NCBI RefSeq assembly: GCF_006345805.1
Contig: NC_043004.1
Coordinates: 85,560,001-85,624,000, forward strand
Length of the DNA: 64,000 bases
Origin: Octopus sinensis
Taxonomy: Eukaryota
Reading direction: 5' to 3'
Part shown: piece by piece, positions 29,302-39,760 of the stretch
How the letters are laid out: every line of letters starts with the position of its first letter
Numbering within the stretch: position 1 is the stretch's first letter
Made by a program: the position numbers and the translations under genes
Notes under the pieces: model-generated
The model's database searches: none
What the model was told of the DNA's origin: nothing
What the model saw: only the letters and a program-made list of their open reading frames with translations

Positions 29302-29668
29302 AAACCTGGGAGAGACGGATATACACGAGGCGACTGTATCAATGCCTCGGGAATATCTGTCTTAAAATTTTCAAGACCAACGCATTCGCGCCAAACTTAT
29401 CGACAGCAAATAAACTGCCGATTCAATCTCAGAATTAGTCAGAAAATTATCAATTAATCAATTAGGGTAGCAAAAAAAACAGTAAAAATTTATCGCTACC
29501 AGCGGCCTAGTGGAAAAGAGAAAATAGTCAAGACTAAATATGTATAAATATAAATTTAGGAATGGCCTAAACAGGCCATTCGTCCACCAGAAGAGCAGCC
29601 AGAACTCCAACCGCCAAGTAGTGTAATTCGGAAATAAGGTGAAAATTTAAAAACATTTACCCTATTCA

Positions 29669-29768
29669 TCTTTTATACGATGCATCGTTTCAGTGTCTTT
29701 AATGATAGACCAGCTTATTAAATTAAATTAAGCTAGTCTACCATAGGTCACACTTCATCAGTAAAAGA
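29669..29768 (-). ncRNA. Type I hammerhead ribozyme, array copy 4
   Basis: Same elements as copy 2, all core nucleotides intact. Confidence 0.85.
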
Positions 29769-30128
29769 AACCTGGGAGAGACGGATATACACGAGGCGAC
29801 TGTATCAATGCCTCGGGAATATCTGCTGCTCTTTCTGGTGGACGAATGGCCTGTTTAGGCCATTCCTAAATTGTTATATTTATACATATTTAGTCTTTGA
29901 CTATTTTCTCTTTTCCACTAGGCCGCTGGTAGCGATAAATTTTTACTGTTTTTTTTGCTACCCTAAATTGATTAATTGATAATTTTCTGACTAATTCTGA
30001 GATTGAATCGGCAGTTTATATTTGCTGCCGATAAGTTTGGCGCGAATGCGTTGGTCTTGAAAATTTTAAGACAGATATTCCCGAGGCATTGATACAGTCG
30101 CCTCGTGTATATCCGTCTCTCCCAGGTT

Positions 30129-30228
30129 TCTTTTACTGATGAAGTGTGACCTATGGTAGACTAGCTTAATTTAATTTAATTAAGCTGGTCTATCATTAAG
30201 ACACTGAAACGATGCATCGTATAAAAGA
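30129..30228 (+). ncRNA. Type I hammerhead ribozyme, array copy 5
   Basis: Stem I TCTTTTA 30129-35/TAAAAGA 30222-28; CTGATGA 30136-42; stem II AGTGT 30143-47/ACACT 30201-05; internal hairpin 30155-71/30178-94 (15 WC + 2 G.U); GAAA 30206-09; CGATGCATCG 30210-19; GUA 30219-21. Confidence 0.88.
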
Positions 30229-30594
30229 TGATTAGGGTAAATGTTTTAATTTTCACCTTATTTCCGAATTACACTACTTGGCGGTTGGAGTTCTGGCTGC
30301 TCTTTCTGGTGGACGAATGGCCTGTTTAGGCATTCCTAAATTGTTATATTTATCATATTTAGTCTTTGACTATTTTCTCTTTTCCACTAGGCCGCTGGTA
30401 GCGATAAATTTTTACTGAATTTTTTGCTACCCTAAATTGATTAATTGATAATTTTCTGACTAATTCTGAGATTGAATCGGCAGTTTATTTCTGCCGATAA
30501 GTTTGGCGCGAATGCGTTGGTCTTGAAAATTTTAAGACAGATATTCCCGAGGCATTGATACAGTCGCCTCGTGTATATCCGTCTCTCCCAGGTT

Positions 30595-30694
30595 TCTTTT
30601 ATGATGAAGTGTGACCTATGGTAGACTAGCTTAATTTAATTTAATTAAGCTGGTCTATCATTAAAGACACTGAAACGATGCATCGTATAAAAGA
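30595..30694 (+). ncRNA. Hammerhead array copy 6, lacking C3 (reads ATGATGA)
   Basis: Identical layout, but TTTTATGATGAAG instead of TTTTACTGATGAAG. Either an inactive copy or a sequencing indel. Confidence 0.6.
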
Positions 30695-30911
30695 TGAATT
30701 AGGGTAAATGTTTTTAAATTTTCACCTTATTTCCGAATTACACTACTTGGCGGTTGGAGTTCTGGCTGCTCTTTCTGGTGGACGAATGGCCTGTTTAGGC
30801 CATTCCTAAATTGTTATATTTATACATATTTAGTCTTTGACTATTTTCTCTTTTCCACTAGGCCGCTGGTAGCGATAAATTTTTACTGAATTTTTTGCTA
30901 CCCTAAATTGA

Positions 30912-30951
<40 letters not shown>

Positions 30952-32087
30952 AAGAGGAACAGAGAGATTGAGAGAAAGCGAGACAGAAACAAACACCTAC
31001 ACACACAAATACACATACACCCAACACGCACACAAGCACACATACTGTTTTCCATAAACGTATAAGTGTGTAAGACAAAAATAAAATATAAGGAATGAGT
31101 CAAGGAGAGAAACCAAGAAAAATTGAAACGAAGAAAGAAATAAACAAATAAACATATAAACAAAGAAGCAAAAAAGGAGAGAAAGAATGGAAGAAGCGGT
31201 TGAGGAGAAAGCTATTGATACACAATAATGCCAGATCATATTATCGGCTGAACTTACTTCATACGCATTAAAATTCTTTGATAATCGTTTGATAATCGTG
31301 CGATATATTTTTATCTCGTATTTGACATGGCAAGTATGACTTCTGTATAATCCCTTGAAGTTGTGTTTTACTGCATGATTATGCTCCCGTGGTGATGATA
31401 ATGGATTTAAAATTTCTTTTAACTACTCGTAATTCCATATTTTGGATGGATCGATCTGAAGTTGTCATAGACTTTATATACAACGAATTTAAATTCCTCC
31501 TCATGCTGATCTCATAGGGATTAAAAATTGAATATATAGTCACACGTTTTGTTTGGACATTACATCAATATTTTGATTTGTGTTTTAATTTATCGTATTA
31601 CAGTTATTTTTTTGGTTTTTTGCATTATTTTAATATTATCATCTATGCAACATTTTTATGTACATATTTTACAAGTTTAGTGAAAATATTTATACATATT
31701 TACATATGTATAAGGCTTCATTTTATGTATTATTTATTCATTATTATTTTTCTTTTTTGTATAATGTATATTTCATTTTTGAGTGTATGTTGACATTTTG
31801 TTGTGTTTGGTCCCTTGTTTATTTGCTCGCTATTTCCCGGCGGTTTCTCATCGCTGACGCTACAGAATAGGAACAATGCTATAGTTAAAGGTGAGAATTT
31901 GTTATGATCATTTGGACGATAACTGATGAGAATTTAAAGACATTCTATGAGTATATTTTCCATTTGTTTCACTTGTTTGTGCTTCTATATAATTTAGAAC
32001 GTACATATGTATGCATGTGTGTGTATGTTTGTGTGCATATGTGTCTATGTGTGAGTGTGTATACATACATATATACATTCATACATA

Positions 32088-32706
32088 CATTATTATTATT
32101 GTTATGGCTGTCACCTCGTTATCGAGTATGACCATTGCACGAAGCTTAACTGTTACTGGTGCTGTGATCGAATGTGAGTTTTTATCCCAGCTAAAGATCT
32201 ACAATGTCTTGTACAAAATTGGCAACTAAAACCTTTACCTGTAATAGCCGCCTGTAGTTGCAACTGGGCTTCATGTACCTTTGCATGTCGTTTAATTCCT
32301 CCTGCCGAATTACACTCTCTTCCACATGCCCGACAGATATGATTAGTATGGTGTGTTACACCACCACCAGTGGCCAGTTGTCACTCATCTGTCTCCCTTT
32401 ATGACTACGAAGATGGCTCTTGAGTCCAGCTTTACTGAGGCAGGGTCTTGCACAGACATTGCATCTCAGCATCATAGGAAGACCCTTCCCATTTGGAAGT
32501 GATCAGCGATGCCCTTCCTGACATCCCTCCTTACTTTCTCATGTGCAACTCGAGATTTCTCAAAAGTGGCTGTCCCCTCCTGCACAATCCTTCTCCACCT
32601 GCTACGATCAATAGCTATGTCTTCCCATGTGTCAGGAGAGATGCATGCATCTCTTAAGGAAGCCTTCAGCAAGTCCTTATACATCTTTTTTGGTTTATGT
32701 GGAGGT
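32088..32706 (-). pseudogene. RTE/BovB-like LINE 3' end with three C2H2 zinc fingers and a (TAA)n tail
   Basis: YKDLLKASLRDACISPDTWEDIAIDRSRWRRIVQEG...RK, then (via two -1 frameshifts) CNVCARPCLSKAGLKSHLRSH, CRACGRECNSAGGIKRHAKVH, CQFCTRHCRSLAGIKTHIRSQH, TAA at 32155-53, short 3' UTR and (ATA)n tail. Confidence 0.85.
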
Positions 32707-32929
32707 CACATACATACATACATACATACATACATACATACATACATACATACATACATACATACATACATACCAGAGTAATCACATAAAAGTGAAACAT
32801 GTCGGGGAGAAATAGTACTCGACTACCAGAGGTAGAGTAATATGCTTTATTATTAAATCTGAAAAAGACATCACAAAATATCACAAGAGAACTGCTACTC
32901 AGAGTTTCACGTTACCGTCCGTCATTACT

Positions 32930-33570
32930 TACAACACCCAAAACCATGATACTTGCAGGAAATTTTGTGTACATTACTCTTGGAACCTCAGAAGGGTCTA
33001 CACATTAGCCATCTGTGATTTCTTCTGTTTTCTGGTCTTGGTCAAAGTCTTTCTAATATGTGAGAAACCAAATCACACCATATTCTGATGGATTTTAAAG
33101 CTTTTTACAAAAGTCCTTTGAATGTGATTCAACGTTTTTCTTTTGTCTTTTTCCGAAATGACTTGACTTCTCCGCATCATGTAACACGTCTATCTGATGT
33201 TTTTATACACAACATTTCTGATTGTTTTTATTTTCTGATGCAGAAAATTTTTCTGCAATTGACCTCATTGGTTTTCCTGAATTGTCTTCAATGTTTTGCT
33301 GTACTCTCTGAATAAATTCAGTGTTCAGATAGAATGAGAGCGTTTGGAATATTTTGTATGTTTTCACACAGGTAATATTCGTCCATGTTCTTTCTCTAAC
33401 ACACCAAATCTTGTGGACAAAAGATCTTCCAAATTTACGAAGACTAGAAATTTCTAAATCCCCTTGTGTAGCATGCAAAGCCAAAATCACAGCTTGCCTT
33501 TTCATTCCATAAAAGTTAGCAAAATAAAATAATGACTAAGTACGTGTTCTCAAATACCGTTCGCATCCTG
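32930..33570 (-). mobile_element. maT-like (DD37D-type) transposon, 5' TIR and N-terminal transposase remnant
   Basis: TA|CAGGATG end at 33570. MKRQAVILALHA..DLEISS...RSFVHKI...TEFIQRVQQNIEDNSGKPMRSIA, followed by a degenerate FSDEKNF-like region. Confidence 0.75.
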
Positions 33571-33603
33571 TACATACGTAGACATACATAGATACACATA
33601 TGC

Positions 33604-33643
<40 letters not shown>

Positions 33644-34591
33644 TATATATATATTATATATATATATATATTATATATATATATATATATACATATATAT
33701 ATAATGGGTCATCAGGTCATATATACCAGGTCATCAGAGTCACTCGAAGACTTGCACGTTTTTCCGCTTTATTTCGAGCCCCCAAATGGCTTATTTTTAT
33801 TCATATCTAGCACTATATCTTTCTTCATTTCTAACTTAAGTGTTCAAATAAAGCAACCCTGCAAAACACAGCTGATCATTACACACAGGCACACAGAATA
33901 ACATCAATAAAATAAGACAGCAGATTGGACAAGAAACATCAGTGATCTGATTGTCACCTGTACTCTTGACAAGAGATGTCATTTAGACTTTTATACGTAC
34001 CAGACTCGCTCGCAGTAACCCGAGTTGCTGAATATATTTTCGTTCCGTGAAGGATGTTGTAAAACGGAAAATTTTAATAGATTGGAATTTAACTCCTAAT
34101 TTCAGTAGAAACTTATTGTTTCAAGAAAACATTGAATTACTTTAAATTTTTACGGTCATAGATAACAACTCGGGCTGTAACTTCTAAGACCGAGTCAGGC
34201 GCATGTGAATGATTTCGAGAGAATATCTGGTACGAATTGTAAATTTTGAGACAGGGCACCTCTAAGACGACCGTCAGACGCTGAACGAAAATAAATGAAC
34301 TGCCACTCGAGTTATTGGTTGCAGTTACATACTTGAAATTAGCGTTGGCAGAAATTGAAACAGATTGATAATGCATGATCATTTTATTAAATTTATACTC
34401 GGGCTAAGCCCGAAAAGCCCCAGTACCGGAATCGCCATTGTTATATATATGCGCGCGCGCATGTGTGTAGTTGTAGAGTGGTTGTATACTGTCAACATAA
34501 CGTGACAGTCCCGTAGTTGAAATTTATAGAAAAACCAAAAACGAAGACAGGTGTATGAACAAGTAAGCATAAACAAGTAAGTGAAAAAGTA

Positions 34592-34625
34592 TTTTACGTT
34601 TCGAGCCTACGCTCTTCAGCAGAAA
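34592..34625 (-). ncRNA. Decayed minimal hammerhead-like motif
   Basis: CTGCTGA-A-GAGC-GTAG-GCTC-GAAAC-GTA. A6 is changed to C, stem I is only 3 bp. Same family as the motif at 60104. Confidence 0.45.
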
Positions 34626-35359
34626 GGAATAAGAGAAAATATACAGAGAATGAAAAAACAAGACTTGTAGACTTCATCGGTGCAGTATGGCGAATGTTAT
34701 GCCCAACTATACATTAATTTAGGAAGAGTACACAATCGTGTGCTTGTGTGTACATACACATATACAACTTACATATATATGTATATATACATACATATAG
34801 ATAATAAAATATATATGGTAAATGAAAGACGAACGATGCAAGATATGAAAAGTTTTATTAATCGCAACAATTGTTTCGACACTTCTACTACCGATCCCTC
34901 AGGGTGAGATACTTAACAACTGGCTCAAGAGCATCCGGCGGTGCACATGTGTTTCTTCGGGTGAGAGATAGTTATAACTCGTTAAAATAAGTTCCGCAAT
35001 GTACCTTTTCATTTCATGTAAAGAAAAGCAGCAAACAAAGTATATATCTTCATTTACATAGAAGATATAAAATAAGAGATGCAAAAAGAACGGAACAATA
35101 CGGCGAGAAAAGTATTAGAAATAACCGTTAACTGATATGGGTGTATAAACGTCCTTGCGTAAGCTGTATGTTACATGTACACTCGGTCTTACAAGCAGCC
35201 ACAAAAATGAAAGCATTTAGTATATTATTCACATAGCGAGTTAAATAGCTACTTGGTAGTTATAAGAATGGGGAAGTTAAAGCTAAACATAATTCATCCG
35301 TAACATAAAGTAAACTCTGTTAACAGTTACTCAAACTCATTCCCACTGCATTGTGCAAA

Positions 35360-35700
35360 AGTACATTTGTATGCATCTTGAGAGTCTTTCAGAAACACTA
35401 TTAATAATCTTCTTTTTGATCCACTGAAGAGACAGACATTCTACGGAACAGAGCCGTCATTTACTGATAATGATATTGAATGGCTTTGCGTGCATTACTA
35501 TGGACTACGTTGTACTATACTTAATTTTATCTTCCTTCAGTCGCCACAAAAAATTGGCCAAAGATGTTAAATGTCTCTCATTGAGTCTCTTGAAGCTGGC
35601 GACATGGTTAGGATGGCAATTCTTAAATGGACCAGCAGTTTGCCCAATGTAAACATACTTCCTCCCCTTCTGTGATCGGTACATTTGTATACGAGATTTG
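35360..35700 (-). pseudogene. Second Penelope-like GIY-YIG endonuclease remnant (different subtype from 7319)
   Basis: KYVYIGQTAGPFKNCHPNHVASFKR...TSLANFLWRLKEDKIKYS, and downstream IINSVSERLSRCIQ resembling the PLE LNxRSELxSxCxH terminus. Confidence 0.75.
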
Positions 35701-36002
35701 TATTCATACAGAGGTTCATCAATGGGTATTCTGATTTCTCTCTGCACGAGGGTTTATTATATTATTTGTATCATAAGGCAGTTCTGACTTTATTTTCCGA
35801 CGTTGTTACCATAATTAGCTATATCATAATCATTTATCTATATCATTACGTATGCAAATATATATATACATACTTTGTATATATACCTATATATATATAT
35901 ATATCTATATATATATCTATATTATATATATATCTATATATATCTATATATATAATATATATCTATATATATATATCTATGTATATATATCTATATATAT
36001 AT

Positions 36003-36045
<43 letters not shown>

Positions 36046-36097
36046 ATATATATATATATATATTATATATATATATATCTATATTTATCTATCTCTA

Positions 36098-36148
<51 letters not shown>

Positions 36149-36360
36149 TATATATGCACACACACACTCACACACACATATATATATATATATTACATAT
36201 ATATTAGTGTGAGAAACTATAAGTTCAAGCAGAACCATTCAAACTTTTTAACTTTTTCAGGAAATATTTCTAATAAATATTCATCATATCCATAAGATAG
36301 CCTGCTAGCGCAAGCTATTAAAGTGTGAAAGTACCAAGTAAAAAGTTCGTTATAGGCATG

Positions 36361-36409
36361 TATACATACAACCGTTTCAAAGGACAATACAAATACGTAA
36401 CAAAAAACT

Positions 36410-36442
<33 letters not shown>

Positions 36443-36472
36443 TTTATGTATCACCATTCTCGTCAGCGTAGA
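36361..36472 (-). ncRNA. Type I hammerhead ribozyme motif, left arm of foldback
   Basis: CTGACGA (36466-60), long stem II with an (ATT)n loop, GAAAC (36378-74), GGTT, GUA (36369-67), stem I TACG/TGTA. Confidence 0.7.
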
Positions 36473-36878
36473 AAAATTTAAGGAAAGCATAAAATAGCTA
36501 TTAGCAACAGAATGTAGAAGGAAAAACAAATAGGATAATGCGAACAATCTGACCGGAAATTTGCAAATAACTTGTAAAAAGGAAAAAGAAGAAAAAGAAA
36601 AACATGTCAATGTATGTTCGAGTTTATCTGTGGAGAAAAACCTATATACTAATCGGGAGAACAGAAATATTAAAAAATATATCCGTTGGTCAGATTTGTT
36701 TATAGTTCTTTGCACACATAGACATGAAAATACATTGACATGTTTTTTTCTTTCTCTTCTTTTTCCCTTTTTACAAATTATTGGCAAATTTCCAGTCAGA
36801 TTGTCCGTATTACCCTATTTGTTTTTCCTTCTTGATTCTTTAGCTAATTAGTTTTTTTTCATGTTTTCCTTAAATTTT

Positions 36879-36978
36879 TCTGCACTGACGAGAATGGTGA
36901 CATACATTTAAACATTATTATTATAATTAATGTTCTTCTTACATATTTGTATTGCCCTTTGAAACGGTCGTATGTAGA
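36879..36978 (+). ncRNA. Type I hammerhead ribozyme motif, right arm of foldback
   Basis: Stem I TCTGCA 36879-84/TGTAGA 36973-78; CTGACGA 36885-91; stem II GAATGG../..CCCTTT; GAAAC 36961-65; quasi-palindromic CGGTCG; GUA 36970-72. Confidence 0.78.
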
Positions 36979-37635
36979 TATTAAATTCTATTTTCAACTT
37001 TTAACATCTCTTCTCCATTCTTATTATTCTTTATAGTGTTTTATATAAGATCTTATCTTATTCATGCCTATAACAAATATTTTACATATATATCATATGT
37101 ATATAATGTCGATAGATAGATGTATACATAAATATAGATGCACACACATACATACATGCACACATACATAAGTACGTACGTTCATACACACATAAGCACA
37201 TATGTAACATAAGCTTGCAAATGATTGTGTACATAGTATATATCTTAAACTATATCTATATGTATCTTTGCATTTGTGCATACGGTAAGTTTGTGGCTGT
37301 TGTGTATATACTTGTCGAATTTGTTGTCAAGTGTGTGTGAATGTATGTGTTTGTATATTTATATTCGTATATTTGTGCGAATAACAGGAGCCTTTCCAAT
37401 AACTAGTATACAGTTACTTGAATATGTGTAGAAAAGCTATTAGAAATAGAGTCTTCTTTCATATTCCCAACATATATATGTGTGTATGTGTATGTGTGTG
37501 TGTGTGTGTGTGGTGTGCGCATTTGTGTGTGTATTTGTATTTGCATACACAAACACACACGCGCACTCACATACAAACACACATACACACACACAGACAT
37601 ATATATATATATACACATATATGCATATATATGTG

Positions 37636-37694
<59 letters not shown>

Positions 37695-37828
37695 ACATAC
37701 ATATAGATAGATAGATAGACAGACAGACAGATACATAGATAGGTAGATCGATAGATAGATAGATAGATAGATAGATAGAGAGACAGCCAGACAGACAGAC
37801 AGACAGGCAGATAGATATATCGATAGAT

Positions 37829-37859
<31 letters not shown>

Positions 37860-37863
37860 TAGT

Positions 37864-37929
<66 letters not shown>

Positions 37930-39398
37930 TATCGGTAGATAGAAAGATAGATAGATACATACATACATACATAAATCCATACATATATCCATACATATAT
38001 ATATATATATACATACGTGTGTATGTGTGTTTAATTGAATACACTATGTTAAGCTAAAATTCAAAGATTTAAAGCGGATTAATAAAATGGGCTGAACCTA
38101 ACTAATCCACTGCGCTGCTCGTTTGTTTTCTTGGAAGAAATCGATTTTCTCAAACACAAGACCATTAACATCCAGTTAACCTGAATTTCGTTTTCCTCTC
38201 AAATCATTTAATACAATAAGCTTCTATATCTAACATATGTTTCTTGTAGTCTGATGTATGCGGTTTTCTTTTTTTTCCCCCTAGAATCTAAATTCTAATA
38301 TTGATTTTATTCCAATTCTTTCTTGGTTCAACTATATCCACCTTTATTTTCAGCATAAGTGACTAAAACTTGCGCACATGCGTAGATATATATATATATG
38401 CATCTGTATTAGACTCTATTTCAATGTGTGTTTCTCCGTGTGTCTGCATGTGTCTGCTTATGTGTAAGAGAGAAAGCGACAAAGAGAATCAGAGAGGTAG
38501 TTAAAGAGTGAGGGGGAGGGAATGAAAGAGAAAGAGAGGGGGAGGGAGGGAAATAGCGAGCAGGAAAAAGGAACATTTGTGACTTCCTTATGGCAAAGGT
38601 CTAGTGTTTCCGATAATATTCTTTACCCTATAGGTAAAGCAACGTTTTAAATTGTATTAATATTTAAATGCTGCCAACTTTACAGATGCTTTATCGTTTA
38701 CAGCGATGTATATGACCTAGTATATACGAACATGTGTTTCTATGATACATATATTAATCCGTATTTAGCGTACTTGTTTCTATATAAAATATTTGTATCA
38801 TTTTTCTTTTACCTGTTTGTGTCGGTGATGTTCGCTTATGTTGTGGTACCACCTTAGAGGATGGAGAGCGACACGTTGGCCATAAATATCTTCCTAAAAT
38901 TTATACAGATGGCCATGGCTTGAATAACAAGTACATAGGTCTCTTAAATCAATACAATCTAAACATTACCAAGAAAATTTGCAACCTCAATCACGAAAAC
39001 ACACGCAAATTCTTCAGTCGGTGTCAGTACATTTTTATTCGCTTCAGTCGGGTGGATGCCAGGTTAGGAGAACAAATTGCTCCAGTACATATTTTAAGTG
39101 TTGCACTCATGCTGACAAATCCGTTTGCTCAAAGCTAAGCAAGGGAGCGTTTTCAAGCGTTAGAGGAACAAACATATAAATACACACACACACATACACA
39201 TACTGCCTGGTACTCCGTCGGTTACGACGACGAGGATTCTAATACACCCGAACAAGGGAATAGCCTGCTCCTGAAATTAATGTGAAATAATGTATTCGCT
39301 CAAGTACACTACATGCCGCCAGGAATCAAACTCACGACCTCAAGTTCAATATTGGAATACCCTAACCAATAAGTAATACACCTTCACGATATATGTAT

Positions 39399-39465
<67 letters not shown>

Positions 39466-39468
<3 letters not shown>

Positions 39469-39760
39469 TAATGCCTCGATACACGAGTTTATGTGTTCCC
39501 GGAGACGACTCGTGAAGCGATAATTCGCAAAGAAGGGCAATAATTTCCCATAATAGCTATGTTATCACTCGTGATTCGTTCCAAGTAATATATTTTACCA
39601 ATGAAATTTAAAATACTCGTAGAAACATGGCAATACAATAACGGTAGAACATAAAGAATATTATAGGTAAAGTAAAAAATGTCAAGATCTTTTATAATAA
39701 AAAATATTGTTAATATAATCGTTTTCTGAATCACTTTCACTCGCACTAAGTTCACTCACT
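39466..39760. mobile_element. Single end of a TA-targeting DNA transposon (pogo/Tigger-like terminus)
   Basis: TA|CAGTAATGCCTCGATACACGAG directly after (TA)n. No matching second TIR found. Confidence 0.45.

Larger units (their letters stand above)
28146..29825 (-). repeat. Tandem array, ~3.6 copies of a 461-473-bp structured non-coding unit (hammerhead on minus strand)
   Basis: GGAATGGCCTAAAC recurs at 28156, 28620, 29091, 29559. Copies differ mainly by 1-2-nt indels. No ORF of 60 aa or more in the supplied track. Confidence 0.95.
29826..30915 (+). repeat. Inverted continuation of the array, ~2.3 copies of the same unit (hammerhead on plus strand)
   Basis: Reverse complement of the unit begins at 29826 (CTGCTCTTTCTGGTGGACG). 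CATTCC marker ends at 29866, 30336, 30806 (period 470). Ends in (TA)n. Confidence 0.95.
36361..36978. repeat. Long imperfect inverted repeat (arms ~36361-36620 and ~36726-36978, ~105-bp spacer)
   Basis: The right arm is the reverse complement of the left arm throughout (e.g. ATGTATCACCATTCTCGTCAG / CTGACGAGAATGGTGACATAC). The two mirror ORFs in the track give near-identical peptides. Confidence 0.92.

Noticed and set aside
28146-30915. CRISPR-like or rDNA/5S array interpretation
   Set aside because: Whole ~470-bp units repeat with no unique spacers, and there are no rRNA or snRNA signatures.
31922-31955. CTGATGA-GAAT...ATTC stem
   Set aside because: Not followed by GAAA, so the hammerhead core is incomplete.
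36410-36851. Two similar ORFs on opposite strands suggesting a duplicated gene
   Set aside because: A by-product of the inverted repeat; peptides are low-complexity and unrecognisable.
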